Source: an uncultured delta proteobacterium (GTDB lineage Bacteria > Myxococcota > B64-G9). From it: a DNA stretch of 64,000 bases. The DNA lies in contig CAVWHX010000004.1 in NCBI GenBank assembly GCA_963754925.1, positions 1,428,422-1,492,421 of the forward strand, read 5' to 3'. Under the pieces are notes generated by a model. That model saw nothing but the letters and a program-made list of their open reading frames with translations. It was not told where the DNA came from and did no database searches. Positions within the stretch are counted from its first letter, which is position 1; each line of letters starts with the position of its first letter. Made by a program: the position numbers and the translations under genes. Below are positions 38,202 to 49,644 of the stretch, one piece after another.

Positions 38202-39161
38202 ATGAAGCGGATTCTGGTTACCGGGGCGTTGGGCCAAGTCGGCTCGGAACTGGTGGTGACCCTTCGCCAACGCTACGGCATCGACAATGTGGTAGCTTCT
38301 GATCTGCGCATGCCCTTTGAACATGCCTGCGTGGAAGGATTTTTTCTTCGGGTCGATTGCACCGATTACACCGTGGTCAAGCAGGCGGTCGAGAAATACC
38401 AGATTGACACGATCTTTCACCTGGCGGCCTTATTATCGGCTGTGGCAGAGGCCAAGCCTCATACGGCCTGGGATGTCAACATGGGCGGTTTGTACAACGT
38501 TCTGGAAGTGGCGCGCGAGAATCGGTGTGCGGTTTTCTTTCCAAGCTCCATAGGCGCATTCGGGCCCACCACGCCGATGCATGACACTCCTCAGGATACG
38601 CTCCAGCGGCCGACTACCATGTATGGCGTCACCAAGGTCGCGGGCGAACTGCTGTGCGATTACTACCACAAACGCTTCGGCGTCGACACCCGCGGCGTCC
38701 GGTTCCCCGGCATCATCTCAACCGTAACCAAGCCCGGCGGTGGGACCACCGACTACGCGGTTGAGATGTTCTACGCAGCCATTCGCGACAAACGGTATAC
38801 GTCTTACCTCAAACGGGGCACCTACCTGGACATGATGTACATGCCCGATGCCATCAAGGCGGCGATACGTTTAATGGAAGCGGATCCTCGCCGGTTTGTG
38901 CATCGCAATTCCTTCAATGTGACCGCGATGAGTTTCGAGCCCGAGATGCTCGCCGCGGAGATCCGCAAGCACATCCCCGAGTTTGTGCTGGACTACCAGA
39001 TAGATCCGATGCTCCAGGCGATTGCTGATTCATGGCCGAACAAGCTCGATGATACCTGTGCCCGGCAGGAGTGGGGCTGGAGGCCCGATTACGACCTCGC
39101 CAGTATGGCCGAAGATATGTTTAAGGTGCTCGGCGAGCGTCACCGGTTGGGGAAACTCTAA
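38202..39161 (+). CDS. SDR-type L-threonine 3-dehydrogenase / NAD-dependent epimerase family
   Basis: TGALGQVG, HLAALLSA, PSSIGAFG, MYGVTK, PGGGTTDYAV, IADSWP. Confidence 0.85.
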   Translation: MKRILVTGALGQVGSELVVTLRQRYGIDNVVASDLRMPFEHACVEGFFLRVDCTDYTVVKQAVEKYQIDTIFHLAALLSAVAEAKPHTAWDVNMGGLYNVLEVARENRCAVFFPSSIGAFGPTTPMHDTPQDTLQRPTTMYGVTKVAGELLCDYYHKRFGVDTRGVRFPGIISTVTKPGGGTTDYAVEMFYAAIRDKRYTSYLKRGTYLDMMYMPDAIKAAIRLMEADPRRFVHRNSFNVTAMSFEPEMLAAEIRKHIPEFVLDYQIDPMLQAIADSWPNKLDDTCARQEWGWRPDYDLASMAEDMFKVLGERHRLGKL

Positions 39162-39187
39162 GTCAAGGGTGAAGCTATCTTCAGACA

Positions 39188-39221
39188 TTGACATTCCACA
39201 CCGAAATGATTACAATGTAAT
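39188..39221 (+). promoter_or_regulatory. Sigma70 promoter and autorepression operator of the TA operon
   Basis: TTGACA-17-TACAAT, with palindrome ATTACA-A-TGTAAT (39209-39221) over the -10. Confidence 0.75.
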
Positions 39222-39251
39222 TACCTCGGTGGAGTGAGGCGGAGGTGTTTA

Positions 39252-39509
39252 ATGAGGGTAAACATTGTTCGTATTGGAAATTCCCAAGGCATACGGATCC
39301 CCAAAGTTGTGTTAGAACAAACGCAGCTAGAGGACGAAGTTGAACTTGAGGTGCGTGACCGGCACTTATTAATACGTGCAGTAACCAAACCTCGGTATGA
39401 CTGGGGGCGGAGATTTCGCCTCATGGCCGAGAAAGGCGACGACAAGCTGTTTGATAGAGACGCCACTGACCAGACTTCATGGGATAAAGAAGAATGGCAA
39501 TGGAAGTGA
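39252..39509 (+). CDS. mazE: AbrB/MazE family antitoxin
   Basis: IVRIGNSQGIRIPK; acidic WDKEEWQW tail. Confidence 0.88.
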   Translation: MRVNIVRIGNSQGIRIPKVVLEQTQLEDEVELEVRDRHLLIRAVTKPRYDWGRRFRLMAEKGDDKLFDRDATDQTSWDKEEWQWK

Positions 39510-39824
39510 AACGCTTCGAGGTCTATTTAGTAAATCTCGATCCGACCATTGGCCACGAAATTAAGAAAAAGCCGTCCCTGCCTAATTATCTCTCCCGATG
39601 AAATGAATCGGTACATAGCGACCGTGATAGTCGCTCCTATGACCACCAAAGGGCGCGACTACCCGACTCGCATTCCCTGTATATTTCAAGGCAAAGAAGG
39701 ACAGGTAGTCTTAGATCAGATAAGAACGGTCGATAAGATTAGATTGGTTAGACGATTGGGGAGGATCGATTCAAAAACGCAATCTAACGTGCTCTCCGTA
39801 TTATCGGAGCTATTTTCTAAATAG
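39494..39824 (+). CDS. mazF: PemK/MazF toxin (+1 indel in the A5 run at 39566-39570)
   Basis: VYLVNLDPTIGHEIKK|SRPCLIISPDEMN...APMTT...LDQIRTVDK. Confidence 0.85.
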
Positions 39825-39939
39825 ACGTTAAATCATCTTCGTTCTAGGAGCACGTGCTGTTTTTCTTAGGCTATCCAATGATCTTTGTTCCGTCTGGAAT
39901 AGTTGATACTTTCGACTGTATTATACAAAAAAAGAGAAG

Positions 39940-40128
39940 TTGATACGTCATGTGTTATTTGTAAAGGAATCAAGCTCAAAGATTGGCCACCACCGGACAA
40001 AAAAAGAAGCTGTTATGACAGCTCTCTGGGAATATATTGCACACAAAAAACAATTAAAAATTATCGACCTATTTGGCCGCATCGATTTTGATGAATCATA
40101 TGATCATAAGATAACATGGCGGCGATGA
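39940..40128 (+). pseudogene. Remnant of a VapB-like antitoxin
   Basis: GHHRTKKEAVMTALWEYIAHKKQLKIIDLFGRIDFDESYDHK resembles the C-terminal part of VapB antitoxins; no proper start and no toxin gene. Confidence 0.55.
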
Positions 40129-40146
40129 AGATCGCAGCTCTTGCAT

Positions 40147-40846
40147 TTACCGATTAAGTTGTTTCAGTGAAATGTTGCGATTGAGCAGAAAACGCATCAC
40201 CACCGCTGCCACCAACAACGAGCTGCCCATCGAAAAAATACAATCGGTCAAGTAATGGGCTCCCGCCAGGATTCGACCGTAAGCGATTGCCAGGCCATAC
40301 GCGAAAACGACCAGCGTTACGAGCAGGGTCGTCTTCCGGTCGCTCATACGGGCAAAGTAGAAAATAAGAGGCGTCAGTACAAATGCCATAGCCACATGCC
40401 CCGAGGGAAGCGATTCGCTGATAAAGGGGCCGGCAGGGATATAGAAAGGCGTGTAGTTGGAGAAGTCGGGGAGCAAGGGAAACAAACCGTACCCGGCCCC
40501 AGAAGAATTTGATCGATTGAGTAATCAGAAGCGGATGAAGAAGTACTTGAATAATAAGGCCGAGGCTAGCCGTCTTCATCGGATAGACGCGAGATTCGGG
40601 TTTTGGCCTGGCGATGAGGATCATGAGCGCCCAGAAGACAACGACCCACCCCGGCAATTCACCATACGTGGCCACCGATCGAGCAAAGGGTAAGTGCGGG
40701 TCAGCGATCGCGATCGAAAGCGGCAAGTCGAATGGGGAAGCCGCCGCCAGGGTGCAGACCCACAGACGGAAACCGAGACCCCAGATTATCCAAAACCGTT
40801 TGGCCGGCATTCCTGACGGTTGCAGGGCAGGTGGCGATGTCGTCAC
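40147..40846 (-). CDS. PAP2 family phosphatase (frameshift near 40485)
   Basis: KFFWGRVR, SLPSGH, RILAGAHYLTD. Confidence 0.85.
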
Positions 40847-40849
40847 GCC

Positions 40850-41512
40850 TCACCTCGGTCCAAAAAGTCGACTTCCAAGCCGAACGTGGGTAGAGCCCTC
40901 CTCAATAGCGATCTGGTATGAATCACTCATGCCCATTGAGAGAATCTTAATAGCAACACCGGGTGGCGGTGCGCGCCTCAGGGTACCGAACAGCTCGGCT
41001 GTCAACCGGAAATAGGGCCGACTGTCCTCGGGGTTGTCGGAAAGTGGTCCCATGGTCATCAGACCTTCGACGCCCAAGTTCGGAAATTGCGCTAGTGCGG
41101 CTGCCAGTTGTTCCACCTGATCAGGCGGGACCCCAGCCTTATTGGGTTCGTTGCCGCTGTTGACTTCTATTAAGATCGGCATGCGCTTACCGAGCGCAGC
41201 GCACGCATCCTGAAGCGCTTGGCCGAGACGCAGACTGTCGACGGTTTCGATCGCATCAAAAATGGCGGCGGCCTTTTTGGCTTTATTGCGCTGCAAATGG
41301 CCGATCAAATGCCACGCCACCGAACGCCCCAGCGCCGAAATTGCCGTCTCCGCTTCTTGGACATAATTATGGCCGATGATGGTCACCCCGGCTTCGACGG
41401 CAGCGCGCTGTTCCTCGATACTCCGCGTCTTTCCCGCCGCAATCAGCGTAACCCCGGAGGGCAACGTGGCAATCAGCTCGCGGGCGTTATGGGAAATTTC
41501 GGTCAGATTCAT
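40850..41512 (-). CDS. yggS: PLP homeostasis protein
   Basis: NYVQE, WHLIGHLQRNK, GLMTM, LSMGMS, VRLGS. Confidence 0.93.
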   Translation of the reverse strand: MNLTEISHNARELIATLPSGVTLIAAGKTRSIEEQRAAVEAGVTIIGHNYVQEAETAISALGRSVAWHLIGHLQRNKAKKAAAIFDAIETVDSLRLGQALQDACAALGKRMPILIEVNSGNEPNKAGVPPDQVEQLAAALAQFPNLGVEGLMTMGPLSDNPEDSRPYFRLTAELFGTLRRAPPPGVAIKILSMGMSDSYQIAIEEGSTHVRLGSRLFGPR

Positions 41513-41582
41513 GGATACCTCTGGCCAAAACATCCTACAACGGCCTGAATAGTTCAAGAGGTATAAGACCATATCTGTATCA

Positions 41583-41697
41583 GTGATATTGGCACGTGTC
41601 GGGTGACGCCGAGCAGGGGGCCCCCCGCCGGCGCGGAGCGAATGCGAGCACCGCCGGGGGATGCAAGGCGGCAGGCCCTGGCGCGTGACAATATCAC
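41583..41697. other. 115-bp imperfect palindromic element
   Basis: Ends GTGATATTGGCACGTGTCGGG / CCCTGGCGCGTGACAATATCAC pair; internal C-run/G-run stem. Confidence 0.55.
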
Positions 41698-41780
41698 CAT
41701 CCGAACCTGAATAGTTACCATAGGTTGATCTCTATTCTTGATTATCGGCGCTGTCCATGCCATAAAACCGAAGCCGCCGT

Positions 41781-41862
41781 GCGAGAGTGGCGGAACTGGT
41801 AGACGCGCCAGACTTAGGATCTGGTGGTTACAACCGTGGGGGTTCAACTCCCCCCTCTCGCA
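41781..41862 (+). tRNA. tRNA-Leu(TAG), CCA not encoded
   Basis: Acceptor GCGAGAG/CTCTCGC, D-loop TGGTA, anticodon arm CCAGA-CTTAGGA-TCTGG, long variable arm, GGTTCAACTCC; usual position before tig. Confidence 0.95.
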
Positions 41863-41963
41863 CTTGTTGGAGGATCCGGCTCGGGTGCATTTAAGACGAG
41901 ATGTTACAGGATTACGCACTGCCCACGAGCTTAAATTAATATCGGTTAATTTGAGAGGAAGAC

Positions 41964-43313
41964 ATGAAAGCAACGGTAGAAGCAGCCGATGGAGTATTTC
42001 GGAACATCACGATCGAGCTTCCGTGGACGATGGTGGAAGAAGAGCTTGAGCGAACGTATAAGGAACTAGCTAAGGATGCTAATCTAAAGGGGTTTCGTCC
42101 TGGTAAAGTTCCGCGTTCGGTACTGATGCAGCGTTTTGGAAAGAAGGTCGAAAACGACGTAAACGCTCGATTGATCCAGGAGGCGTACGAGGCGGCAGTG
42201 ATCCAGAACAAACTGGTCCCGGTGAGTAGACCTGAAATACAACCGGGAATGATCAAAAAGGGCCAAGCGTTATCTTTCAGTATTCGGGTTGAAGTGCGCC
42301 CCGAGATAGATCTTAAGAATTACAAGGGGTTCCAACTGGAACGCAAGGAACCCACTATTGATCAATCCTCGGTCGACGAGGAAATCAATCGCATGAGGGA
42401 GCAAAAAGCGGTGCTCGTTCCCATCGAAGGCCGGCAAGAGGCTCAGGTTGGCGATACGGTAGCGGTTGATTACCTGACGACTCTGGACGGAAAACTAATC
42501 AAGGGCGGAGAAAGTAAGGAGTACCTCATCGAGCTGGGCGCCAACCGTACGCTTCCAGGATTTGAGGATGCGCTAGCCGGCATGTCCGTCGGCCAGACCA
42601 AAGAATTCGATCTCGACGTACCCGCCAGCACCACAAGTCCTGACCTGGCTGGCAAGCGCGTCCACTTCAAGGTAACTTTGAATGCCTTGAAACAACGTGA
42701 AGTTCCCGTACTCAACGACGAGTTTGTCACCGACCTTGGCAACCCCGAGCTCAAAAACATTGCCGATCTGCGCGCCATGGTTGAGAGGCGCGTCCTCGAC
42801 CGCGAACGAATGCGGCTTCATCAAGAGCTGTCTGAAAAGCTTATCGATCTGCTCATCGAAGCCAACCCGTTTCCGGTTCCGCCATCGCTGGTTGAAAACC
42901 AGTACGAGGTATCGAAAAAGGAGATGGAGAATTTTTTCCAAAGTCAGGGCCTCATGATCGGACACGACGACAGAATGCAAGGAGAGATGCAGTCTAGTCT
43001 ACAGAAACGCGCCGAACGTGAGGTTCGTTCGGCATTATTGATTTCAGCCGTGGCGGAGAGGGAAAAACTGACGATCAACGACGCCGATATCGAAAGCCAC
43101 TTGAAAAAGCTTGCCGAAAAAAGCGGGCACAATATAGCACGACTGAAGGCATTATATCAAGAGCCGCAACATATGAGTCGAATACGCTACCACCTATTAC
43201 AGGAGAAGGTTCTTGATTATTTACTGGATCCGTCTAACATTAAAGAACTACCGGAGGCCATGGCCGGGCCCGAAAGCCCCGCGGTGCCCCCCATGGTACA
43301 GGAGAACCAATGA
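41964..43313 (+). CDS. tig: Trigger factor
   Basis: [12 protein letters not shown]-like domain, synteny with clpPX. Confidence 0.95.
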   Translation: MKATVEAADGVFRNITIELPWTMVEEELERTYKELAKDANLKGFRPGKVPRSVLMQRFGKKVENDVNARLIQEAYEAAVIQNKLVPVSRPEIQPGMIKKGQALSFSIRVEVRPEIDLKNYKGFQLERKEPTIDQSSVDEEINRMREQKAVLVPIEGRQEAQVGDTVAVDYLTTLDGKLIKGGESKEYLIELGANRTLPGFEDALAGMSVGQTKEFDLDVPASTTSPDLAGKRVHFKVTLNALKQREVPVLNDEFVTDLGNPELKNIADLRAMVERRVLDRERMRLHQELSEKLIDLLIEANPFPVPPSLVENQYEVSKKEMENFFQSQGLMIGHDDRMQGEMQSSLQKRAEREVRSALLISAVAEREKLTINDADIESHLKKLAEKSGHNIARLKALYQEPQHMSRIRYHLLQEKVLDYLLDPSNIKELPEAMAGPESPAVPPMVQENQ

Positions 43314-43915
43314 CCTTGATTCCGATTGTTGTTGAACAATCGCATCGCGGCGAGCGGGCATACGACATCTACTCCCGTTTGCTGAAGGATCGCATTATCT
43401 TTTTGGGGGAGGCTATCGACGACGAGGTAGCTAACCTGGTGATAGCTCAAATGCTTTTCCTCGAAAGTGAGGATCCGGATAAAGATATTAACCTCTATAT
43501 CAATAGTCCCGGCGGTGTGGTGAGCTCTGGTCTGGCTATTTACGACACCATGCAGTATGTCAAGGCGCCGGTTTCAACCATTTGCATGGGCCAAGCAACC
43601 AGTATGGCGGCGGTGTTGCTATCGGCGGGAGAAAAGAGTAAGCGTTTCTGTTTGCCGAACGCCCGGGTTATGATCCACCAGCCGATTGGTGGTTTCCAGG
43701 GCCAGGCGACCGACATTGAGATACACGCAAGAGAAATTGTTAAATTAAGGGAGAAACTCAATAGTATTTTAGCCGAGCACACCGGTCAGCCCCTGGAGCG
43801 TATTGCCAAAGACACCGATCGTGATCATTATATGGGAGCCGACGAGGCGCAAAGTTATGGTCTGGTGGACGAAGTGGTAAAACGTAGGCCCTCCGGGGCA
43901 TCTCAGAAGAAGTGA
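43310..43915 (+). CDS. clpP: Clp protease proteolytic subunit
   Basis: [25 protein letters not shown]. Confidence 0.97.
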   Translation: MTLIPIVVEQSHRGERAYDIYSRLLKDRIIFLGEAIDDEVANLVIAQMLFLESEDPDKDINLYINSPGGVVSSGLAIYDTMQYVKAPVSTICMGQATSMAAVLLSAGEKSKRFCLPNARVMIHQPIGGFQGQATDIEIHAREIVKLREKLNSILAEHTGQPLERIAKDTDRDHYMGADEAQSYGLVDEVVKRRPSGASQKK

Positions 43916-43928
43916 AGAAAGTTAAGGT

Positions 43929-45185
43929 GTGCCAGTGAGTAATCGACGGAGCGGCCCCAACGACTATCTGTCCTGTTCGTTTTGCGGGAAAAGCCAACGC
44001 GAAGTGCGCAAGCTCATCGCCGGGCCAACGGTGTATATCTGCGATGAGTGCATTTCTCTGTGCAATAAAATCCTCGAGGAGGATCTGCAACGCGACGCCA
44101 GCCGGGCGCGCATGGTGGTGCCCAAACCTGCCGAGATAAAGAAGGAGCTGGATCAGTACGTCATTGGTCAAGAAGAGGCAAAAAAAATATTGTCCGTAGC
44201 GGTTCACAATCACTACCAGCGAGTCGCAACCCGAGGAATCGTCGACGACGTAGAGCTGCAGAAAAGCAATATCCTGCTTATCGGACCGACCGGCACGGGC
44301 AAGACGCTCCTGGCGCGCACGCTCGCGCGCTTCTTACAGGTGCCGTTTACCATCGTCGATGCCACCTGCTACACCGAGGCTGGGTACGTTGGGGAAGACG
44401 TCGAGAACATCATCGTCAGTCTCCTGCATGCGGCCGATCATGATGTCGAGAAAGCCAAGCAGGGGATCGTCTATATCGACGAGGTCGATAAAATCGCCCG
44501 CAAGAGCGAGAATCCCTCGATCACCCGAGATGTTTCCGGCGAGGGGGTGCAGCAGGCGTTGCTAAAAATCATTGAGGGCACGGTGGCCAATGTCCCGCCC
44601 AAGGGCGGCCGCAAGCATCCCCAGCAGGAATTCATCCCGGTAGACACCACCAACATTTTATTCATCTGCGGCGGGGCGTTTGATGGTTTGCAGACTATTA
44701 TCGAACGGCGACTGGGCGAACACACCATCGGCTTTGGCGGCGAAACCGACCGCAAGCATGAGCGAAGCCTGAGCGAATTATTGGCAGCGGTTGCGCCCGA
44801 AGACCTGCTCAAGTACGGTTTGATTCCCGAGTTTGTCGGCCGCCTGCCGGTGCGCGCCACCCTACACGAACTTGACGAGGCGATGCTGGTCGATATCCTG
44901 CAAAAGCCGAACGATGCGTTGATCAAACAGTATATACGTCTGTTCGAGATGGACGGCGTCACCTTACGCTTCACCCATGACGCCCTTCGGGCGGTGGCTC
45001 GACAGGCCTTGGCACGCAAAAGCGGCGCGCGCGGGCTGCGCGCCATCCTCGAGGCGACGATGTTGGACTTGATGTATGAGTTGCCCTCACGGCGCACCAT
45101 CCATGAGGTTGTGGTAAACCAAGAGGTGATTGAGCACCATGACCGGCCGCTTCTTATTTACCAGGAGCAAGCGGAGAGTGCTTAG
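43929..45185 (+). CDS. clpX: Clp protease ATPase subunit
   Basis: CSFCGK zinc finger, [21 protein letters not shown] loop. Confidence 0.97.
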   Translation: MPVSNRRSGPNDYLSCSFCGKSQREVRKLIAGPTVYICDECISLCNKILEEDLQRDASRARMVVPKPAEIKKELDQYVIGQEEAKKILSVAVHNHYQRVATRGIVDDVELQKSNILLIGPTGTGKTLLARTLARFLQVPFTIVDATCYTEAGYVGEDVENIIVSLLHAADHDVEKAKQGIVYIDEVDKIARKSENPSITRDVSGEGVQQALLKIIEGTVANVPPKGGRKHPQQEFIPVDTTNILFICGGAFDGLQTIIERRLGEHTIGFGGETDRKHERSLSELLAAVAPEDLLKYGLIPEFVGRLPVRATLHELDEAMLVDILQKPNDALIKQYIRLFEMDGVTLRFTHDALRAVARQALARKSGARGLRAILEATMLDLMYELPSRRTIHEVVVNQEVIEHHDRPLLIYQEQAESA

Positions 45186-45297
45186 AGCCCGTTACGACCG
45201 AAGGGAGTTACGGGCTCTTATCCCTGGCGCGAAGCGCTAGGGGATAGAAGTAGAGTCAGAGGAGTGAGCTTACAATCTCTTGTCCCCGTCAGGGGAC
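45182..45297 (+). mobile_element. Double-hairpin element copy plus the right half of a second copy
   Basis: TTA-GAGCCCGT-ta-CGACCGAAGGGAG-tt-ACGGGCTC-TTA plus hairpin; then AGTGAGCTT-ACAATCTC-TTG-TCCCCGTCAGGGGA. Confidence 0.7.
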
Positions 45298-45360
45298 TAG
45301 GTATTATCAGGCTTAGAGGATGGAAGGTGTATATCGTGCTAGCGCAGATCGAGGTAACCC

Positions 45361-47850
45361 ATGCTGTTTCGCAGTGACGGAGAGCGAAGGGACGTACCAC
45401 CACCAGTGCCCACTACGCGAGTGGTGCCGTTGTTGCCGTTGCGGGACATTATCGTATTCCCGCATATGGTGGTGCCGTTATTCGTCGGGAGAGAGAAATC
45501 CATCAAAGCGTTGGAAGAGTCGATGCGGCGCGAGAAGGAGATTCTCCTCGCGGCGCAAATCAAGGCCAAGACCAACGATCCGACCCCGGATGAGATTTTC
45601 CGGGTAGGATCGCTTTCGAGCATTATCCAGCTCCTGCGGCTGCCGGATGGAACCGTCAAGGTGCTGGTCGAAGGCAAGCAGCGCGCGCGCATCAGGAATT
45701 TCCTGGAGCACGATCCCTTTTTCCAAGTTGAGATCGAAGAAATACACGAGCAGACCGAACCCAACCGTGAGGCCGAGGCGCTGATGCGCAGCATTCACAC
45801 AGCCTTCGAGACCTACATCAAGCTCAATAAAAAGATACCGCCCGAGATGATCATGTCGACGGCCAATATCGACGATCCGGTGCGATTGTCGGATACCGTG
45901 GCCGCCCACCTTAACCTCAAGCTCAGCGACAAACAGGTTATTCTCGAAACTGAGAACGTCATCGAGCGGCTGCAGAAGCTCTACGAGTTAATGGAAGCCG
46001 AGATCGAGATCCTGCAGATTGAGAAGCGCATCCGCACGCGGGTTAAGAAACAGATGGAGCGCACCCAGAAGGAGTATTACCTCAACGAGCAAATGCAGGC
46101 CATCCAGAAGGAGCTCGGCGATAAGGATGAATTTAAGAACGAGCTGGCCGAGATCGATGAGAAGCTCAAGAAAAAGAAGCTCAGCAAGGAGGCCTTGGAG
46201 AAGGCCCAGAAAGAACTTCGTAAACTGAAAATGATGTCGCCCATGAGCGCCGAAGCCACGGTGGTGCGCAATTATATCGACTGGATGTTGTCGATACCGT
46301 GGCAGGAGTACACCGAGGAGAAGCTCAATATTGAAGAGGCCGAGAAAATCCTGGAAGAAGACCACTATGGTTTGGACAAGGCCAAGGAGCGCATTCTTGA
46401 GTTTCTGGCGGTGCAGGCGCTCTCGCAGAAAATCCGCGGGCCGATCCTGTGCTTTGTCGGCCCGCCCGGAGTGGGAAAGACCTCGTTGGCGCGATCGATT
46501 GCCCGCGCCACCGGCCGCAATTTCGTGCGCTTATCGCTGGGCGGGGTGCGCGATGAGGCCGAAATCCGCGGCCACCGCCGCACCTATATCGGGGCGCTGC
46601 CCGGCAAGATTCTCCAGCACATGAAAAAAGCCGGATCGAGCAATCCGGTGTTTCTCCTCGACGAAGTCGACAAGATGTCGACCGACTTCCGGGGCGACCC
46701 TTCGGCCGCGCTGCTGGAAGTGCTTGACCCCGAGCAGAACAACTCGTTCAACGATCACTACCTGGACGTTGACTACGATCTGAGCCGCGTGATGTTCATT
46801 ACCACCGCAAATACCCTGCCCGGCATTCCCTTGCCGCTGCAGGATCGTATGGAAATTATTCGCCTGCCGGGCTATACCGATTACGAAAAGCTCCACATCG
46901 CCCGTCAGTTTTTGGTGCGCAAACAACGCAAGGAAAACGGTCTGGATGAGGTCGATTTGACATTTGTCGACAGCGCCATTCAGCGCATCACCGACAACTA
47001 TACCCGTGAGGCGGGGGTGCGCAACCTCGAGCGCGAGATCGCCTCGATCTGTCGCAAGGTGGCCAAACGCGTGATCAAGGAGGGTAAAGAGATCAAGGTG
47101 AAGATCAACGCCAAAAACGTTCCTTCGTACCTTGGCATTCCCAAGTTCCGACGCGGCCAAATCGAGGAAGAGGATCGGCTAGGGTTGACCACGGGGTTGG
47201 CCTGGACCGAGGTGGGCGGCGAGTTGCTGCAGACCGAAGTGACCGTTATGCCCGGTAAGGGCAAATTGATCATCACCGGCAAGCTCGGCGAAGTCATGCA
47301 GGAATCGGCGCAAGCCGCGCTCAGTTATGTGCGTTCGCGGGCCAAACAATTCGGCATCGATGCTAATTTTTATGAGACCAAGGATATTCACATCCATGTC
47401 CCCGAAGGCGCTACCCCCAAGGACGGGCCCTCGGCCGGGATCACCATGGCGACCTCGTTGGTCTCCGCCCTGGCAGGCGTGCCGGTGCGGCACGACGTGG
47501 CCATGACCGGCGAGATCACGTTGCGCGGACGCGTGTTGCCCATAGGCGGGCTCAAGGAAAAAATCCTCGCCGCGCATCGCGGCAAGATCCACACGGTTAT
47601 CATTCCGGAGGAAAATGAAAAGGAGCTGCGCGATGTCCCGGCGCCGATTCGTAAGGCGATGGTTTTTCATACCGTCGCCCACATGGATGACGTGCTGAAA
47701 TTGGCGCTGAAACTCGACAATCCGGAGAAGTTCTTTCATGTAATGGAAAACGGGAAACAGAAACCAGAGGAGAAGGTTGCCCCTGCGACATCCGATGCGA
47801 TCCCGGCCAAACCAGAACAGCAGCCTCCGGTGCCATCGACGGTGAACTAG
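45361..47850 (+). CDS. lon: Lon protease
   Basis: [35 protein letters not shown]. Confidence 0.97.
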   Translation: MLFRSDGERRDVPPPVPTTRVVPLLPLRDIIVFPHMVVPLFVGREKSIKALEESMRREKEILLAAQIKAKTNDPTPDEIFRVGSLSSIIQLLRLPDGTVKVLVEGKQRARIRNFLEHDPFFQVEIEEIHEQTEPNREAEALMRSIHTAFETYIKLNKKIPPEMIMSTANIDDPVRLSDTVAAHLNLKLSDKQVILETENVIERLQKLYELMEAEIEILQIEKRIRTRVKKQMERTQKEYYLNEQMQAIQKELGDKDEFKNELAEIDEKLKKKKLSKEALEKAQKELRKLKMMSPMSAEATVVRNYIDWMLSIPWQEYTEEKLNIEEAEKILEEDHYGLDKAKERILEFLAVQALSQKIRGPILCFVGPPGVGKTSLARSIARATGRNFVRLSLGGVRDEAEIRGHRRTYIGALPGKILQHMKKAGSSNPVFLLDEVDKMSTDFRGDPSAALLEVLDPEQNNSFNDHYLDVDYDLSRVMFITTANTLPGIPLPLQDRMEIIRLPGYTDYEKLHIARQFLVRKQRKENGLDEVDLTFVDSAIQRITDNYTREAGVRNLEREIASICRKVAKRVIKEGKEIKVKINAKNVPSYLGIPKFRRGQIEEEDRLGLTTGLAWTEVGGELLQTEVTVMPGKGKLIITGKLGEVMQESAQAALSYVRSRAKQFGIDANFYETKDIHIHVPEGATPKDGPSAGITMATSLVSALAGVPVRHDVAMTGEITLRGRVLPIGGLKEKILAAHRGKIHTVIIPEENEKELRDVPAPIRKAMVFHTVAHMDDVLKLALKLDNPEKFFHVMENGKQKPEEKVAPATSDAIPAKPEQQPPVPSTVN

Positions 47851-47880
47851 ACCGAAATCGTTTTCATTTCTCGTCAAAAT

Positions 47881-48067
47881 CGTCATTCCCACGAACGTGG
47901 CGTGCGGTTAGAGACTGTTACGGCCGAAGGGAGTTACAGTCTCTTATCCTGTGGGCTTGGCTGGAATCCAGCAGTGACGCAGTTTGGAGCCCCTCTTTCC
48001 CGCGGATGACAAAATTGCCTTTAAATATATTGAGTTATACGTCATTCCCGCGTAGGCGGGAATCCAG
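47881..48067. repeat. Cluster of ATTCCC-N8-GGGAAT (dRS3/RPE-like) palindromes; first copy interrupted
   Basis: Intact CGTCATTCCCGCGTAGGCGGGAATCCAG at 48040-48067; degenerate inverted copy ~47983-48010; split copy 47881-47971. Confidence 0.7.
47908..47955 (+). mobile_element. Double-hairpin element copy (48 bp)
   Basis: TTA-GAGACTGT-ta-CGGCCGAAGGGAG-tt-ACAGTCTC-TTA-TCCTGTGGG. Confidence 0.72.
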
Positions 48068-48099
48068 TAGGGACAAACTCTACAACCCTCGCAGACCCT

Positions 48100-49644
48100 C
48101 TAAGGACTCGTCGAACCCTCTGCCTGGTTATCGTTTGAGATGGTTTCTGACGAGTGCTCCGTGCCGTCGAAACGCATGAGGGTGGGTTTGCCGTCAACGA
48201 CCGTGCGCACTTGAACCGGGCGGGTCCAAAGCCGAACGAGCGCCTCCAGGGTGGCTTGCGCCCAGTCGATCTTGAGATCAACTCCCTCGTGTTTGTGGAG
48301 CAGCAACAACTCGCCGCGGTTCTTGTCGTTAATATCGATCACCTCGATCACCGGCTGGCCGAAGTTCGTCAGGCTGAAGAGGAGTTGGCGCTTTATCTGG
48401 GGGAAGTCGCGCGAGGTGATCTCCCAGTTGTTGGTGTGTTGGTTATAGGCATAGGTAAAGAGTTTCTGGTTTTTGGCAAACTCCTCGTCGAGGAACTCAT
48501 CGATGAAGGTTACGTCGCTATACAGGCGGCGCACCTCGAAAATCTTCTGGCGGCCCAACCCCAGGTGCTTGTCCCACCGGCGTTTGCGTTCCAGATCGGC
48601 GCATTCATCGTAGTCTTTTCCAAAGCGCCCCCGGTTCCATTTGTCCTCAATGTAGCGGAACAGCTCCAGCCCGATCTTGTACGGATTCAATCGGCCCGTC
48701 GAACTGCCAACGGTGCCGGAGTGGTGATCGGCGAAGTCAATCACCTCGGCGTCGGTGAGCGCCCGCTGGGTCATGATGGTGGAGTGCCAATAGGTGGCCC
48801 AACCTTCGTTCATGATCTTAGTCTGGCCTTGGGGGGCGAAGTAATATGCTTCCTCGCGGATAACGTCGAGCAGGTCGCGCTGCCAGTTCTTGAGCGGGGC
48901 ATGCTCCATGAGGCACAACAACACATCGCGTTCCGGCAGGGAAGCGGTTTGCCGGTCTTGGGTCTTCTTTCGCTCGCGTTCGAGTTTCTTCTTTTGCTTC
49001 TCGAGGAACTCTGCCGGGTTGACATACGGATCCAAGTAGCGGCGCACCACCGGTAAGCGCGGGATTTTGGTTGCTTCTGGTTCCTCGTCCGCGCCTGCAT
49101 CCCCCGTTGGCGGATTGAGCGGATGGCGCCGGATGTGGGGAGCATGCAAATCGATACAATTTTCGAGCGAGAGACAGGTATCCAGAAAACCCTCGATCTC
49201 CTCGGTGCCGTAACGGGACATGTAGCGCCGCACCCGAGTGGCGTGGTTCGCCATCTCGTTCATCATTTTGCGGTTAGTGTTTCGAAAATAGAAGTTATTT
49301 TTGAAGAAATCACAATGCGCGAAAACGTGGGCCATGACCAACTTTTGGTCCACCAGCGAGTTGCCCTCAAGCAGGTAGGCGTAACACGGGTCGTTGTTGA
49401 TGACCATTTCATAGATCTTCGACAGGCCGTACGTGTAGCTTTTGGAAAGTTGTTCGTACTCCATCCCATAGCGCCAATGGGGATAGCGGGTGGGAAAGCC
49501 TCCATACGCCGCGACCATGTTGATGGCTTCGAACGGCATCAGCTCAAAGATCACGTCATAGAAATCAAGGTGGAATTCGCGCGCGTATGCTTCAATCTGA
49601 TGTTGCAGCTCGGCTAAATAGCGCGGCAACGGCACAGCGCTCAC
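48100..49644 (-). CDS. spoVR: SpoVR family protein
   Basis: [49 protein letters not shown]. Confidence 0.93.
   Translation of the reverse strand: MSAVPLPRYLAELQHQIEAYAREFHLDFYDVIFELMPFEAINMVAAYGGFPTRYPHWRYGMEYEQLSKSYTYGLSKIYEMVINNDPCYAYLLEGNSLVDQKLVMAHVFAHCDFFKNNFYFRNTNRKMMNEMANHATRVRRYMSRYGTEEIEGFLDTCLSLENCIDLHAPHIRRHPLNPPTGDAGADEEPEATKIPRLPVVRRYLDPYVNPAEFLEKQKKKLERERKKTQDRQTASLPERDVLLCLMEHAPLKNWQRDLLDVIREEAYYFAPQGQTKIMNEGWATYWHSTIMTQRALTDAEVIDFADHHSGTVGSSTGRLNPYKIGLELFRYIEDKWNRGRFGKDYDECADLERKRRWDKHLGLGRQKIFEVRRLYSDVTFIDEFLDEEFAKNQKLFTYAYNQHTNNWEITSRDFPQIKRQLLFSLTNFGQPVIEVIDINDKNRGELLLLHKHEGVDLKIDWAQATLEALVRLWTRPVQVRTVVDGKPTLMRFDGTEHSSETISNDNQAEGSTSP

Noticed and set aside
41583..41697. 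SRP (4.5S) or 6S RNA
   Set aside because: Lacks the SRP domain IV CAGG-GNRA-AGCA signature and is too short for 6S.
41781..41963. Integrative element at tRNA-Leu
   Set aside because: tig follows directly; no integrase and no duplicated tRNA 3' end seen.
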